Assembly (NCBI GenBank): GCA_963763885.1
Contig: CAVXQD010000003.1
Location: forward strand, 140,085-204,084
Length of the DNA stretch: 64,000 nt
Source: an uncultured Acidimicrobiales bacterium
GTDB taxonomy: Bacteria > Actinomycetota > Acidimicrobiia > Acidimicrobiales > JANYDT01
Direction: 5' to 3'
The notes beneath the pieces were generated by a model. It was not told the DNA's origin, searched no databases, and saw only the letters and a program-made list of their open reading frames with translations. Within the stretch, counting starts at the first letter, position 1. Every line of letters begins with the position of its first letter. Positions 55,481 to 64,000 of this stretch are shown piece after piece. A program made the position numbers and the translations under genes.

Positions 55481-56674
55481 ATGACGGCTGCAACCGCAAT
55501 CGATTCACCGGCGGCCGATTCACCGGCGGCTGAATCACCTGTCATCGATTACCCGGTGATCTCGGCTGACTCCCACATCACCGAGCCACCCGAGACGTAC
55601 ACGGCGTTCATCGATCCTGCGTTTCTTGACCGGGCGCCCAGGATCGTGCGTGATCCGGTGAAGGGCGATGTATTCCACATCGACGGGTTCCGCAAGCCGG
55701 TCACGCTTGGCACAGCAGCGGCGGCCGGACTCGACCCGAAGGACATCCGCGAGACGGGACGTTTATTCGAGGAACTCCATCGAGGTGGCTGGGACCCGAC
55801 AGCCCGCGTGGCCGACCAGCAGCGTGACGGTGTTGCCGCAGAAGTGATCTATCCGACCGTCGGCATGGTGCTGTGCAACCACACCGACGCAGACTATAAG
55901 CGCGCATGCTTTGAGGCGTACAACCGCTGGATCACGCAGTACTGCTCGCATGACCCAGCCCGACTGCTTGGCGTGGGACAAACCGCGATGCGGACCCCTG
56001 AGGAGGGCATCGCAGACTTGGAGTCGATCAAGGCCCTGGGGCTGCGTGGCGTCATGATGCCCGGGGTTCCAGGGCGGGGAACCGACGAAGACCCTGACTA
56101 CGACTCGCCGGCGTTTGACGAGTTCTGGGAGGCAGCGATCGATCTCGATCTTCCGCTCAGTTTCCACATCTTGACGACCCGCGCGGAACGGACCCGCGGT
56201 CCCAAGATGAACACCTTCCTGTCGATCGTTCGCGGTTGTCAGGACATCATGGGCATGCTGGTGCTCGGCGGAGTGTTCGAGCGCCACCCCAAGCTGAAGA
56301 TCGTTTGCGTCGAAGCCGACGCCGGGTGGGTCCCACACTTCATGTATCGCATGGACCACGCCTACAACCGGCACCGCTACTGGTTGAGCGCTGGCCAGGA
56401 GCTGTCAAAGCTGCCGAGCCAGTATTTCTCCGACAACATCTACGTCACGTTCCAAGACGACTGGACTGCGTTCCGGTTCGCGAACGACATGAACTGGAAG
56501 CATCTGCTGTGGGCGAATGATTTCCCGCACAGCGACTCGACCTGGCCGTGGTCACAAGAGCTTTTGGCCAAACACACTGCCAACATGCCAGCGGACCAGA
56601 AGCGAGCGATCTTGTCGGGCAACACCGCTCAGCTGTACAACATCGACCTGTCCACGTTGTCGGTAGCAAGCTAA
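55481..56674 (+). CDS. amidohydrolase-2 family metal-dependent hydrolase
   Basis: VISADSHITEPPETY..., ...FHILT..., WANDFPHSDSTWPWS. Confidence 0.85.
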   Translation: MTAATAIDSPAADSPAAESPVIDYPVISADSHITEPPETYTAFIDPAFLDRAPRIVRDPVKGDVFHIDGFRKPVTLGTAAAAGLDPKDIRETGRLFEELHRGGWDPTARVADQQRDGVAAEVIYPTVGMVLCNHTDADYKRACFEAYNRWITQYCSHDPARLLGVGQTAMRTPEEGIADLESIKALGLRGVMMPGVPGRGTDEDPDYDSPAFDEFWEAAIDLDLPLSFHILTTRAERTRGPKMNTFLSIVRGCQDIMGMLVLGGVFERHPKLKIVCVEADAGWVPHFMYRMDHAYNRHRYWLSAGQELSKLPSQYFSDNIYVTFQDDWTAFRFANDMNWKHLLWANDFPHSDSTWPWSQELLAKHTANMPADQKRAILSGNTAQLYNIDLSTLSVAS

Positions 56675-56849
56675 CTTCAGCGCTGCACTGTCGGCCGGTT
56701 GATTTCTTACTCGCGGGCGAGGGTGGCGTTTCCTGCAGCATCGTGGTCGAGGGCCTGGTCCTCTGCGAGGTCGACGATCACCTTTTCGAGAGTGTTCCTT
56801 TCCAGGCGAGTGGGACCGGCCTTTCTGAAGTGACAGTCTGGTGTGTGCC

Positions 56850-57087
56850 GCCGATGTTGAGGTCGTGGACGAGGTGACCGCTCTGGACGTAAAGGCTGTA
56901 GCCGCTGGTCTTGTCCCCGTGAGCGAGAAGGACGCCTTCGGCTCCATCGTATGTACGCCTACATATCGCCGGCTACAAGGTACCGAAAGTTGTCGACTTC
57001 TCCGAAGCCCTCCCACGCGAGGACTCGGGCAAGATCTTCAAACGCAAGCTGCGCGACGCCTACTGGCCCGAGGGCCGCTCAATCTGA
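56850..57087 (+). pseudogene. 3' remnant of an acyl-CoA synthetase
   Basis: Terminal IAGYKVPKVVDFSEALPREDSGKIFKRKLRDAYWPEGRSI* is the AMP-binding C-terminal signature. The preceding DVEVVDEVTALDVKAVAAGLVPVSEKDAFGSIVC is in a different frame. No N-terminal domain is present. Confidence 0.55.
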
Positions 57088-57160
57088 ACCAACTCCGAGG
57101 AAGGCGAATTCTGGACACCTGTGGCTTACGATGTGCCGTACTAAAAAGGGGGAGCCACTC

Positions 57161-58006
57161 ATGTTTGTGAACGCGACCAGCGTCGGTGAATACAGCCAAA
57201 TCAAGGTGGAGCCGCTCACCGGCTCTATCGGCGCCGAAATCACGGGCGTCGACCTGAGAGACGTCGAGGACGAGACCTTTACTGAGTTGCGAGATGCGTG
57301 GCTCGCTCACAAGGTGCTCTTCTTTCGCGATCAGCCCTTGAGTCACGCCGAACACGTTGCGTACGGTCGTCGCTTTGGCGATTTGGAGGTGCATCCGTTC
57401 ATTGCGGCGCCCGAGGGGTATCCGGAGATCGTGGTGCTCAAATCGACTCCGGAAGATCCGTCGGCTGCAGAGATATGGCATTCCGACGTCACCTGGCGCT
57501 CTGAGCCGTCTCTCGGTTCAATACTCTGTGGACGTACCATTCCCGCCTACGGTGGCGACACCGTCTGGGCAGATATGGAGTTGGGATACGAGCTGCTCGA
57601 CGATGCCACCAAGGAGCTGATTGAGGGCCGCATCGCGGTGCACTCGTTTGTGAAGACCTTTGCCCGGAACAAGTCTGTCGAAGAAGTCGCAGCGCTTCTG
57701 GAGCGATACCCCGAGGCTCGCCATCCGGTTGTGCGAACGCATCCCGACACGGGTCGTCGGTGTCTGTATGTGAATGCCAATTTCACCGACCGCATCGACG
57801 GCATGGATCCTGCCGAATCCACTGCGTTGTTGCAGCAACTCTTCAAGCAATCGTCGATTCCTCAAATTCAATGCCGTTTCCGTTGGCGTGAGGGGTCGAT
57901 CGCGCAGTGGGACAACCGTTGCACCCAGCACTACGCGGTCCCTGACTACGGCGGGTTTTCCCGGCGTGTAGAGAGGGTCACTATTTGTGGCGACAAACCG
58001 TTCTAG
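57161..58006 (+). CDS. TauD/TfdA family Fe(II)/2OG dioxygenase
   Basis: 281 aa; ...VLFFRDQPLSHAEHVAYGRRFG...WHSDVTWRSEPSLGSIL...GGDTVWADM...WDNRCTQHYA. RBS AAAAGGGGGAG. Confidence 0.9.
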   Translation: MFVNATSVGEYSQIKVEPLTGSIGAEITGVDLRDVEDETFTELRDAWLAHKVLFFRDQPLSHAEHVAYGRRFGDLEVHPFIAAPEGYPEIVVLKSTPEDPSAAEIWHSDVTWRSEPSLGSILCGRTIPAYGGDTVWADMELGYELLDDATKELIEGRIAVHSFVKTFARNKSVEEVAALLERYPEARHPVVRTHPDTGRRCLYVNANFTDRIDGMDPAESTALLQQLFKQSSIPQIQCRFRWREGSIAQWDNRCTQHYAVPDYGGFSRRVERVTICGDKPF

Positions 58007-58100
58007 GTCGGTGAAACTCGACGGCGAAGACATCGGTTTTCCGGACGTGCTCGAGGTCTGCTGGAAGGGCGAGTTCTTTCATGCTCGAGGTACTTGCATG

Positions 58101-58784
58101 TCATGCGAACCCTGCGGCTTCGGCCACCGCTTGGTAATCACTAGAGGGCAGCGCGGCCTGCGCTGCCGCCCGGAACATTTCGAATATCTCCGGAGGTGCA
58201 CCGTCATGCATCCCGCCGAGCATGTCGAGCCGCTCGGAGAAGTTCATCGACGGGACCATGTAGCGAATGAACACACACATCTCCGGCGGCGGCACGCTGC
58301 CACGGATCATGTTCGTCACAACTTCGAGCTTCGCGTCCGTCAGCGCAGCATTCAGCGCAGGCATAACGACGTCTTCCTCGAAACGGAGATGATCGATGTA
58401 CTGACCTGTGAAGTCGGCCAGGTCGAGGTAAAAGGCGCGCAACAGCGTCCACCGATGCTCTCTCGGGCTAGCTGCGATCGCTTCCGCCGAGCCCCGCAAC
58501 TTGGCGATCGCGTCGTCCGCGAGGAGGTGGGATTCTTCGAGCTTGTCGCGGAGCTGCGGTGCGTGAGTTTTGACCAGCACGTCGCAGAAGTCGTCTTCGT
58601 GGCCATGATGGCCGAGCAGGACCATGCACACGTCGTCCCATTCCTTCAGGAGCGCTGCGACGGCGACGTCGTCGTTAGCGTCGGTAGCACCTGCTCGGAC
58701 GGTCACGCCGAACAACGCAAATCGCATCGCCTTGTGGATCTCTCGGTAGACGTCCCAACTCGTGTTCGACACCTGTGGTCCCAT
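58101..58784 (-). CDS. hemerythrin (HHE cation-binding) domain protein
   Basis: 227 aa; YREIHKAMRFAL..., LLGHHGHEDDF, IDHLRFEEDVVMPAL. Confidence 0.75.
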   Translation of the reverse strand: MGPQVSNTSWDVYREIHKAMRFALFGVTVRAGATDANDDVAVAALLKEWDDVCMVLLGHHGHEDDFCDVLVKTHAPQLRDKLEESHLLADDAIAKLRGSAEAIAASPREHRWTLLRAFYLDLADFTGQYIDHLRFEEDVVMPALNAALTDAKLEVVTNMIRGSVPPPEMCVFIRYMVPSMNFSERLDMLGGMHDGAPPEIFEMFRAAAQAALPSSDYQAVAEAAGFA

Positions 58785-58935
58785 GTGTTGCTCCTTCGAT
58801 TCGGTCGGTTGACGTTATCTGTGTGGCGCTGCCGATGAGCTTTTGTTGAACCTGTCTAGCTCGTTGTGGGCACTCCTGCTTTGCTCACGGGTGCATCAAC
58901 GTGACCAGCGCGTCGACTGCGGGGAGTAGTCCGCT

Positions 58936-59439
58936 TTGGAACAGTTCGTCGACCCGGAGTGCCCTGTTTCGTGCTGGATCGGCGAAGCTGTCACGGTGAG
59001 TTCTTCCGATGCACCGAGAAGCGTCCCTGATGTGCGACCAGCGTCGCGGATCGTACGCCTCATTGGGGTATACGACGCCGACGCGACGTTCCGCGGTGAG
59101 CTGTCGTACTGGTTAGGAGCGCGTCTTGGGCGGCGGCACTGCGCCCTGTGCGACATCACCCACGGGTCCGTTAGGGAGCGGCCCGAGTGGGCGGCGTGTC
59201 GGAGCGTGTTGCCGATCCCCTTCGACACGTTCCATCGTAACGACCAACCAGCAGAGGTCCGTGATGCAGCTGGCGGGCAGGCGCCGGTCGTGGTGGCCGA
59301 AACGGACGGGCGCGGGCGCGGTTTTGTCTTGCTCCTCTCCCGTGATGACCTCGATGGCTGCGACGGCTCGATAGAACGACTCATGGCAGCCATCGAAGGT
59401 GCCGCGGTGCGTCTTGGCCTTGACTGGAGCGTCTCGTGA
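58936..59439 (+). CDS. hypothetical protein
   Basis: 167-aa ORF with a conserved-looking core IVRLIGVYDADATFRGELSYWLGARLGRRHCALCDITHG. Family not recognised; start uncertain. Confidence 0.4.
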   Translation: MEQFVDPECPVSCWIGEAVTVSSSDAPRSVPDVRPASRIVRLIGVYDADATFRGELSYWLGARLGRRHCALCDITHGSVRERPEWAACRSVLPIPFDTFHRNDQPAEVRDAAGGQAPVVVAETDGRGRGFVLLLSRDDLDGCDGSIERLMAAIEGAAVRLGLDWSVS

Positions 59440-59620
59440 GGCCGCAACGAACCGCGCCGAGGCCAACCGAGGACATCAACCAAATTGGTGCCGGCGCCGT
59501 CTTCGACCGACATGACGTACTCCGCTACCGATCGCTCCCAGCGACTCGAGATGTTTTGTCGATAAGCGCACGTATCAACGCAGTCGCCTGAGAAGCTGTA
59601 ATCGGCTGCGCACTCAATTC

Positions 59621-60256
59621 TCAACGACTTGCCGGGCGAATTCTCCACGATTCCACCACTGCGTGAGCGGCGGCGAAGTGTTGGGCAAGCTCTGCAGTTG
59701 GCGCTTCGGATCGCATGAGTACTCCTACGCCGAGGGTGAAACAGACCAACATGGCAACTGCGTTGGGAACCTGATCTGGCGAGATTTCGCCCATCGCCGC
59801 GGCTCGTTCGAGCGGCAATCGCACCGCGTTTGCGAGCCCCACTCGAAAGTCGATGAGTTGCTGTTTTGCGTCACCCGCTCGTGGACCGAGTTCGGCCATC
59901 ACGTTGATGGCGAGGCAACCTTGGAGGGCCCACGCGGAAGCACTTTCCTGTTCTTGCAGATCGAGTGTGCGGTGGAGGTCAGTCAGCCCTTCTGTGCCGT
60001 TGCCGAGGGCAGCTGAGAAAAAGCCGAGGCGTTGCGTTTGGTAGCGGGCAAGGGCCTGGTGGAACAACCCTTCTTTCGATCCGAAGGTGTTGTAGAGGCT
60101 GGAAACATTCAGGCCGGTGGCGCGTTCAAGTTCGGCCATGGACGATGCCTCGTAGCCGCGGGAGCGGAACACTTCGATGGTCCGGTCGAGGACCTCGTCG
60201 ACGTCGAATGAGCGTGGTCTGCCCGATGTCCTCTCCGTGGTTGCTTGGCGTGCCAT
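59621..60256 (-). CDS. TetR family transcriptional regulator
   Basis: HTH: RPRSFDVDEVLDRTIEVFRSRGYEASSMAELERATGLNVSSLYNTFGSKEGLF. Divergent from the MFS gene. Confidence 0.88.
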   Translation of the reverse strand: MARQATTERTSGRPRSFDVDEVLDRTIEVFRSRGYEASSMAELERATGLNVSSLYNTFGSKEGLFHQALARYQTQRLGFFSAALGNGTEGLTDLHRTLDLQEQESASAWALQGCLAINVMAELGPRAGDAKQQLIDFRVGLANAVRLPLERAAAMGEISPDQVPNAVAMLVCFTLGVGVLMRSEAPTAELAQHFAAAHAVVESWRIRPASR

Positions 60257-60284
60257 TGGCTGAACTCTACCGATTCTGAGGCGG

Positions 60285-60337
60285 TTTTGAAACGCCCAAT
60301 TCAAAATTCGCAGGATTTTGTAGCGAACACTACAAAA
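60285..60337. promoter_or_regulatory. two palindromes in the TetR/MFS divergent spacer (candidate TetR operators)
   Basis: ttttgaa-N8-ttcaaaa (60285-60306) and ttttgtag-cgaaca-ctacaaaa (60316-60337). AT-rich spacer. Confidence 0.55.
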
Positions 60338-60384
60338 GGTTGATAGGTTCTGAAACGATCACTTCATAACTCAGGAGAACTACC

Positions 60385-61947
60385 GTGTCTGAACCGCTTC
60401 CAATCAACGTGAAACGAGATCCGCGCAGATGGCTGGTGCTGGCGGTGATGTCCGTGGGAACGCTGATCGTGTTTCTCGACGGCACCTTGGTGAACACGGC
60501 ACTGCCCGACATTTCTACGCGGCTTTCGGCGACCACCAGCCAGCTTCAGTGGGTCGTCGACTCATACATTCTTGTTCTCGCAGGTCTTCTCCTGCTGGGC
60601 GGCACGGTGGGGGATCGCTTCGGTCGCCGTCGCTGGATGAACGTCGGTCTCCTGTTCTTTCTCGCCGGTTCCGTTTTGGGAGGTCTTTCCAACTCTGTTG
60701 CCACACTGATCGCCGGCCGAGCAGTTCAGGGTTTGGGTGCTGCGCTTGTCCTGCCAGCCACGCTGTCCATCGTCACCAACGTGTTCGACCGCGAAGAGCG
60801 CGCCAAAGCGATTGCCATTTGGACTGCAGTCGGCGGGCTTGGGGTCGGGCTCGGCCCTGCGGTCGGCGGGTACCTCGTTGAGCACTGGGACTACAGCGCA
60901 GCCTTCTGGGTGCACATCCCAATCCTGCTGTTGGCTGGACTTGGCATGTTCTTCGTGAGCGAGTCCAAAGACACCCGCGACATCGGCCTGGACATTCCCG
61001 GAGCGTTCACGGCCACGCTGGCGATGGGGACCCTGGTCTACGGAGTCATCCAGGGCAGCGAAGCTGGCTGGACCTCCACCGAAATTTTGTTTGCCCTTGG
61101 GATCTCGGCAGTTTCGTTCGTCGCTTTTGCAGTCATTGAGAAACGAACGAAACACCCGATGCTCCCGCTTCAGTTCTTCCGTCAACGTGACTTCACGGGC
61201 AGTGTCATCTCGCTTGGAATCGTTTTCTTTGCGGGGATCGTGCTGTTCTTCTTCTTGAGTCAATACTGGCAATTGGTGCAGGGTCGTAGCCCGTTCAAAG
61301 CCGGGCTGATGGCGTTGCCGAACGCTGCGGCAATCATCACCGGTTCGGGCGTAGCGCAGGCACTGTTGGCAAAGGTCGGCCCACGGCGGCTGGTCAGCTC
61401 GGCCATGGCCATCATGGGCGCTGGCGTCGCGTTGTTCACCACCGTCGATATTGATACCTCGACGCTCCGCATGTGCTTGACGTTGATGGTCGTTGGATTT
61501 GGCTTCGGCCTGGCCGCTCAACCTCTCACGGACACGGTCATGGCAGCTGTGCCGCTCGAAGACGCCGGAGTGGGCTCGGCGGTAAATGATGTGAGCCGCG
61601 AAGTGGGATCGGCTCTGGGAGTCGCAATCATTGGATCAATCGTGTCGCATCTGTATCGGGGCAACATCGAAGACCGACTCGCAGGCCAAGTCCCCGGCGA
61701 GATCATCGATGTTGCAAGCGAAGGAATTGGGGTTGTGCATGTGGCCGCTAGCAGGCTCGATCCAGCCGTGGCTGCGAAAACCATCGAAGGTGCCAACCTG
61801 GCGTTTCTTGACGCCATGACAACAGGATTCTGGATCTCCGTTGGGTTCATCGCCGTCGGCCTGGCGACGTCGCTGTTCATGCTGCCCAAGCAGGCGCGAT
61901 TGACCCAAGTTGTCCTGGGCGGCGAGCAAAACCTCGCGATCCTTTAG
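60385..61947 (+). CDS. MFS transporter, DHA2 (EmrB/QacA) 14-TM type
   Basis: 520 aa; LVLAVMSVGTLIVFLDGTLVNTALPDIS...LQWVVDSYILVLAGLLLLGGTVGDRFGRRR...AGRAVQGLGAAL. GTG start with AGGAGA upstream. Confidence 0.9.
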   Translation: MSEPLPINVKRDPRRWLVLAVMSVGTLIVFLDGTLVNTALPDISTRLSATTSQLQWVVDSYILVLAGLLLLGGTVGDRFGRRRWMNVGLLFFLAGSVLGGLSNSVATLIAGRAVQGLGAALVLPATLSIVTNVFDREERAKAIAIWTAVGGLGVGLGPAVGGYLVEHWDYSAAFWVHIPILLLAGLGMFFVSESKDTRDIGLDIPGAFTATLAMGTLVYGVIQGSEAGWTSTEILFALGISAVSFVAFAVIEKRTKHPMLPLQFFRQRDFTGSVISLGIVFFAGIVLFFFLSQYWQLVQGRSPFKAGLMALPNAAAIITGSGVAQALLAKVGPRRLVSSAMAIMGAGVALFTTVDIDTSTLRMCLTLMVVGFGFGLAAQPLTDTVMAAVPLEDAGVGSAVNDVSREVGSALGVAIIGSIVSHLYRGNIEDRLAGQVPGEIIDVASEGIGVVHVAASRLDPAVAAKTIEGANLAFLDAMTTGFWISVGFIAVGLATSLFMLPKQARLTQVVLGGEQNLAIL

Positions 61948-62086
61948 GGGTGTCAGTTCCGCGACAAGTAGCGTTTAGCGTACGGTCATGCTACAATCCG
62001 ACGTTCCTTCGGGGCGGGTGGCGGTGGGCGATACCCGGCCCAACGAGCAGCAGGAGACGGGGAACCGTCTTCGAGGAAGAAATGCG

Positions 62087-62737
62087 ATGCGCTACGACAA
62101 CAACCACAAACAGGCATCCCGCCTGCGAATCATCGAGTCTTCAGGACGTCGACTGAAAGCCGACGGCATCGACGGGTCGGGTGTCGCAACGCTCATGACC
62201 GACGCTGGTCTCACCAACGGTGCGTTCTATGCGCACTTTGCTTCCAAGGACGATCTCGTCGCTACTGTCATCGCTGACCAGTTACGTGTCCAGCGAGAAA
62301 GCCTCGCGACGCTGCCACCCGGTCGGGCGGGTATCGATCTGTTCCTCCAGTGGTATCTGTCCGCTGAGCATCGAGACAATCCTGCGGACGGATGCCCTTC
62401 GGCGGCGTTGCTCGACGAGATTGCCCGTGCCTCCGAAACAACGCGAACTGCGTACACAGCCGGAGTGCTCGCGATGGCCGACAATGTCGCAGCGCAACTT
62501 GCTCCGGACGATCCCAGCTCGGCTCGTTCGACGGTGTTGGGGATCTTCGCCATGGTGATAGGGGCTGTCCAGCTTGCCCGCTCGCTCACCGACTCGAAAC
62601 TTGCTGCAGCGGTGCTGGAACAGAGCCTCAAGAACGCCATAGCCATCCTCGATTCGGCCGCATTTGCTCCATCACAAACGAGGAAACGTCAAAAACCGAA
62701 AACCGAAAAGGAGACAAGTAATGTCCGAACCAACTGA
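62087..62737 (+). CDS. TetR family transcriptional regulator
   Basis: [46 protein letters not shown]. 17-nt overlap with the next gene. Confidence 0.85.
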   Translation: MRYDNNHKQASRLRIIESSGRRLKADGIDGSGVATLMTDAGLTNGAFYAHFASKDDLVATVIADQLRVQRESLATLPPGRAGIDLFLQWYLSAEHRDNPADGCPSAALLDEIARASETTRTAYTAGVLAMADNVAAQLAPDDPSSARSTVLGIFAMVIGAVQLARSLTDSKLAAAVLEQSLKNAIAILDSAAFAPSQTRKRQKPKTEKETSNVRTN

Positions 62738-63164
62738 ATACCTCCCCAGCTCATGGGAGTGGGTCAGAAATCAAGTTGACGAATATGAATCGTCCGGTGG
62801 AGAGCGTGGGAACACGTTGCTTGAAACGGGTATGCCCATCATCGTGGTGACTACCAAGGGAGCCAGTAGCGGAGCGATTCGCAAGACTCCCCTGATGCGG
62901 GTGGAGCACGACGGTGCCTACGCGCTGGTGGCATCTATGGGTGGCGCTCCCAAGCACCCGTCGTGGTACCACAACCTGATGGCTCACCCACATGAGGTCC
63001 GGGTTCAAGATGGCCCTGAACCGTTCGACGTCGTCATCCGCGAGGTCACCGGCGACGAGAAGGCGCAGTGGTGGGACCGTGCGGTGGCTGCGTATCCGCC
63101 CTATGCCGAGTACCAGATGAAAACCGAGCGGCAGATCCCGGTGTTCATCGCGTCTCGTCGTTAA
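62721..63164 (+). CDS. deazaflavin (F420)-dependent nitroreductase-family oxidoreductase (Ddn-like, PNPOx fold)
   Basis: 147 aa; ...[51 protein letters not shown]...QIPVFI. RBS AAAGGAGA. Confidence 0.8.
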   Translation: MSEPTEYLPSSWEWVRNQVDEYESSGGERGNTLLETGMPIIVVTTKGASSGAIRKTPLMRVEHDGAYALVASMGGAPKHPSWYHNLMAHPHEVRVQDGPEPFDVVIREVTGDEKAQWWDRAVAAYPPYAEYQMKTERQIPVFIASRR

Positions 63165-63556
63165 GCGCCAGGTCCGGGCAGAACCCGGATCTCGCGCACG
63201 TCGAGCGGTACCGAACACTCACCACAAACAACGACTGCTTGCATATCGTGGTCACATGGAGTGTGGTGAAGAACGATCGGTGATCCTTCGCTGCCGGTCA
63301 GCCAGCGGTCGCCCCATGCCGCCATGGCAGCGAGGATGGGGTACGCATCGCGGCCCTTTTCGGTGAGGCGATACTCGTGGCGCACAGGATTGGACTGGTA
63401 CTCAACGCGACGCATCATGTCCTCATCGATCAGCGCGTTCAGCCGACGAGCGAGCATGTTTCGACCGATGCCCAGTGCTGCCTGGAAATCGTCGAAGCGG
63501 CGAGTGCCGAGACATGCCTCCCGAATCAAAATGAGGTTCCAGTGGTCGCCAAGCAC
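63161..63556 (-). CDS. HxlR family transcriptional regulator
   Basis: [68 protein letters not shown]. The conserved upstream Cys (..DWPCTIARSAS) is in frame, but no ATG/GTG/TTG precedes it after the TAA, so the true start is unclear. Confidence 0.8.
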   Translation of the reverse strand: MLGDHWNLILIREACLGTRRFDDFQAALGIGRNMLARRLNALIDEDMMRRVEYQSNPVRHEYRLTEKGRDAYPILAAMAAWGDRWLTGSEGSPIVLHHTPCDHDMQAVVVCGECSVPLDVREIRVLPGPGA

Positions 63557-63649
63557 CGAAGCGCTGCGGGCAATGGTGCAGGGCCAGTCGGACGTGTCAG
63601 TTCGCTTAATGCTCTGACGTTAGCTGATCAGTTGCATAATGACACCCTC

Positions 63650-64000
63650 ATGAACAGTGCAAACGACCAGCACGGGGGAGCGCTCGACCAAACGGAGTTG
63701 TTCCGCAAACTCAGCGCGACGGCTTCGTTCAACGAATGGGCGCAATTCGACGTTGAGCGTGTTGTCGAAGGGGAATGTGATCTGCGCATGGTGTGGCGCA
63801 GCAACGACATGGGCCAGTACGCCGGATTTCTCCATGCGGGGGTCATCGCTGCTCTGCTTGACACCGCATGCGGTTTCGCCGCCGCCGCATCCGCCGGATC
63901 GGTGCTCTCATCGCATTTCTCGATGAACTGTCTTGCTCCGGCGATCGGGGAATCTTTCCTCGCGACCGGCCGGGTGATCAAGGCAGGTCGGTCACAGATC
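63650..64000 (+). CDS. PaaI-family hotdog thioesterase (3' end outside window)
   Basis: ATG 63650: MNSANDQHGGALDQTELFRKLSATASFNEWAQFDVERVVEGECDLRMVWRSNDMGQYAGFLHAGVIAALLDTACGFAAAA...; open to the window end. Not in the ORF track because no stop is reached. Confidence 0.7.
   Translation, partial: MNSANDQHGGALDQTELFRKLSATASFNEWAQFDVERVVEGECDLRMVWRSNDMGQYAGFLHAGVIAALLDTACGFAAAASAGSVLSSHFSMNCLAPAIGESFLATGRVIKAGRSQI

Noticed and set aside
57987-58838. 283-aa plus-strand ORF opposite the hemerythrin gene
   Set aside because: It has no recognisable motifs, whereas the minus-strand frame has paired H..HE / H...EE hemerythrin-type metal motifs and a plausible start.

Overview
High-GC (about 62-65%) actinobacterial-type chromosomal segment with three parts. 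(1) 1-28.5 kb is conserved housekeeping DNA. It holds phosphohexomutase, rhomboid, ahcY, the comF-hpf-secA-prfB-ftsE-ftsX block, pyk, hpt, an acyl-CoA ligase, an ECF sigma pair and a Baeyer-Villiger monooxygenase. A ~310 bp MITE-like element lies after pyk. A peroxiredoxin-like gene has its catalytic Cys codon replaced by an in-frame TGA, making it a candidate selenoprotein. (2) 28.6-41.7 kb is the tmRNA gene (ssrA) followed by at least three stacked islands with no recognisable integrase. The islands are delimited by exact copies of the tmRNA 3' core (28906, 31137, 38642). Their cargo is almost entirely defence or toxin-antitoxin: three AbiE modules (one intact, two with disrupted toxins), a 1103-aa nucleotide cyclase-STAND NTPase-TPR protein plus a truncated paralog, MazEF, a Uma2 endonuclease and an ABC-ATPase remnant. 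Island ends carry helically phased short repeats (AGGGCGTG decamers; TTGACAC pairs) that look like recombinase arm sites. (3) 41.7-64 kb is accessory and catabolic DNA (2OG oxygenase, GNATs, FAD oxidoreductase, phnA, msrB, DUF222-HNH, nitronate monooxygenase, carboxyltransferase, amidohydrolase, TauD, hemerythrin, TetR/MFS, F420-type reductase, HxlR). This part has an unusually high density of decayed genes (SDR, MFS, nitroreductase, acyl-CoA ligase fragment) and a ~95-nt C-free, G-rich tract containing a G12 run. All calls rest on reading the translations and the sequence by eye; no database search was run. Several frameshifts sit in short C/G homopolymers, so sequencing error cannot be excluded for those.
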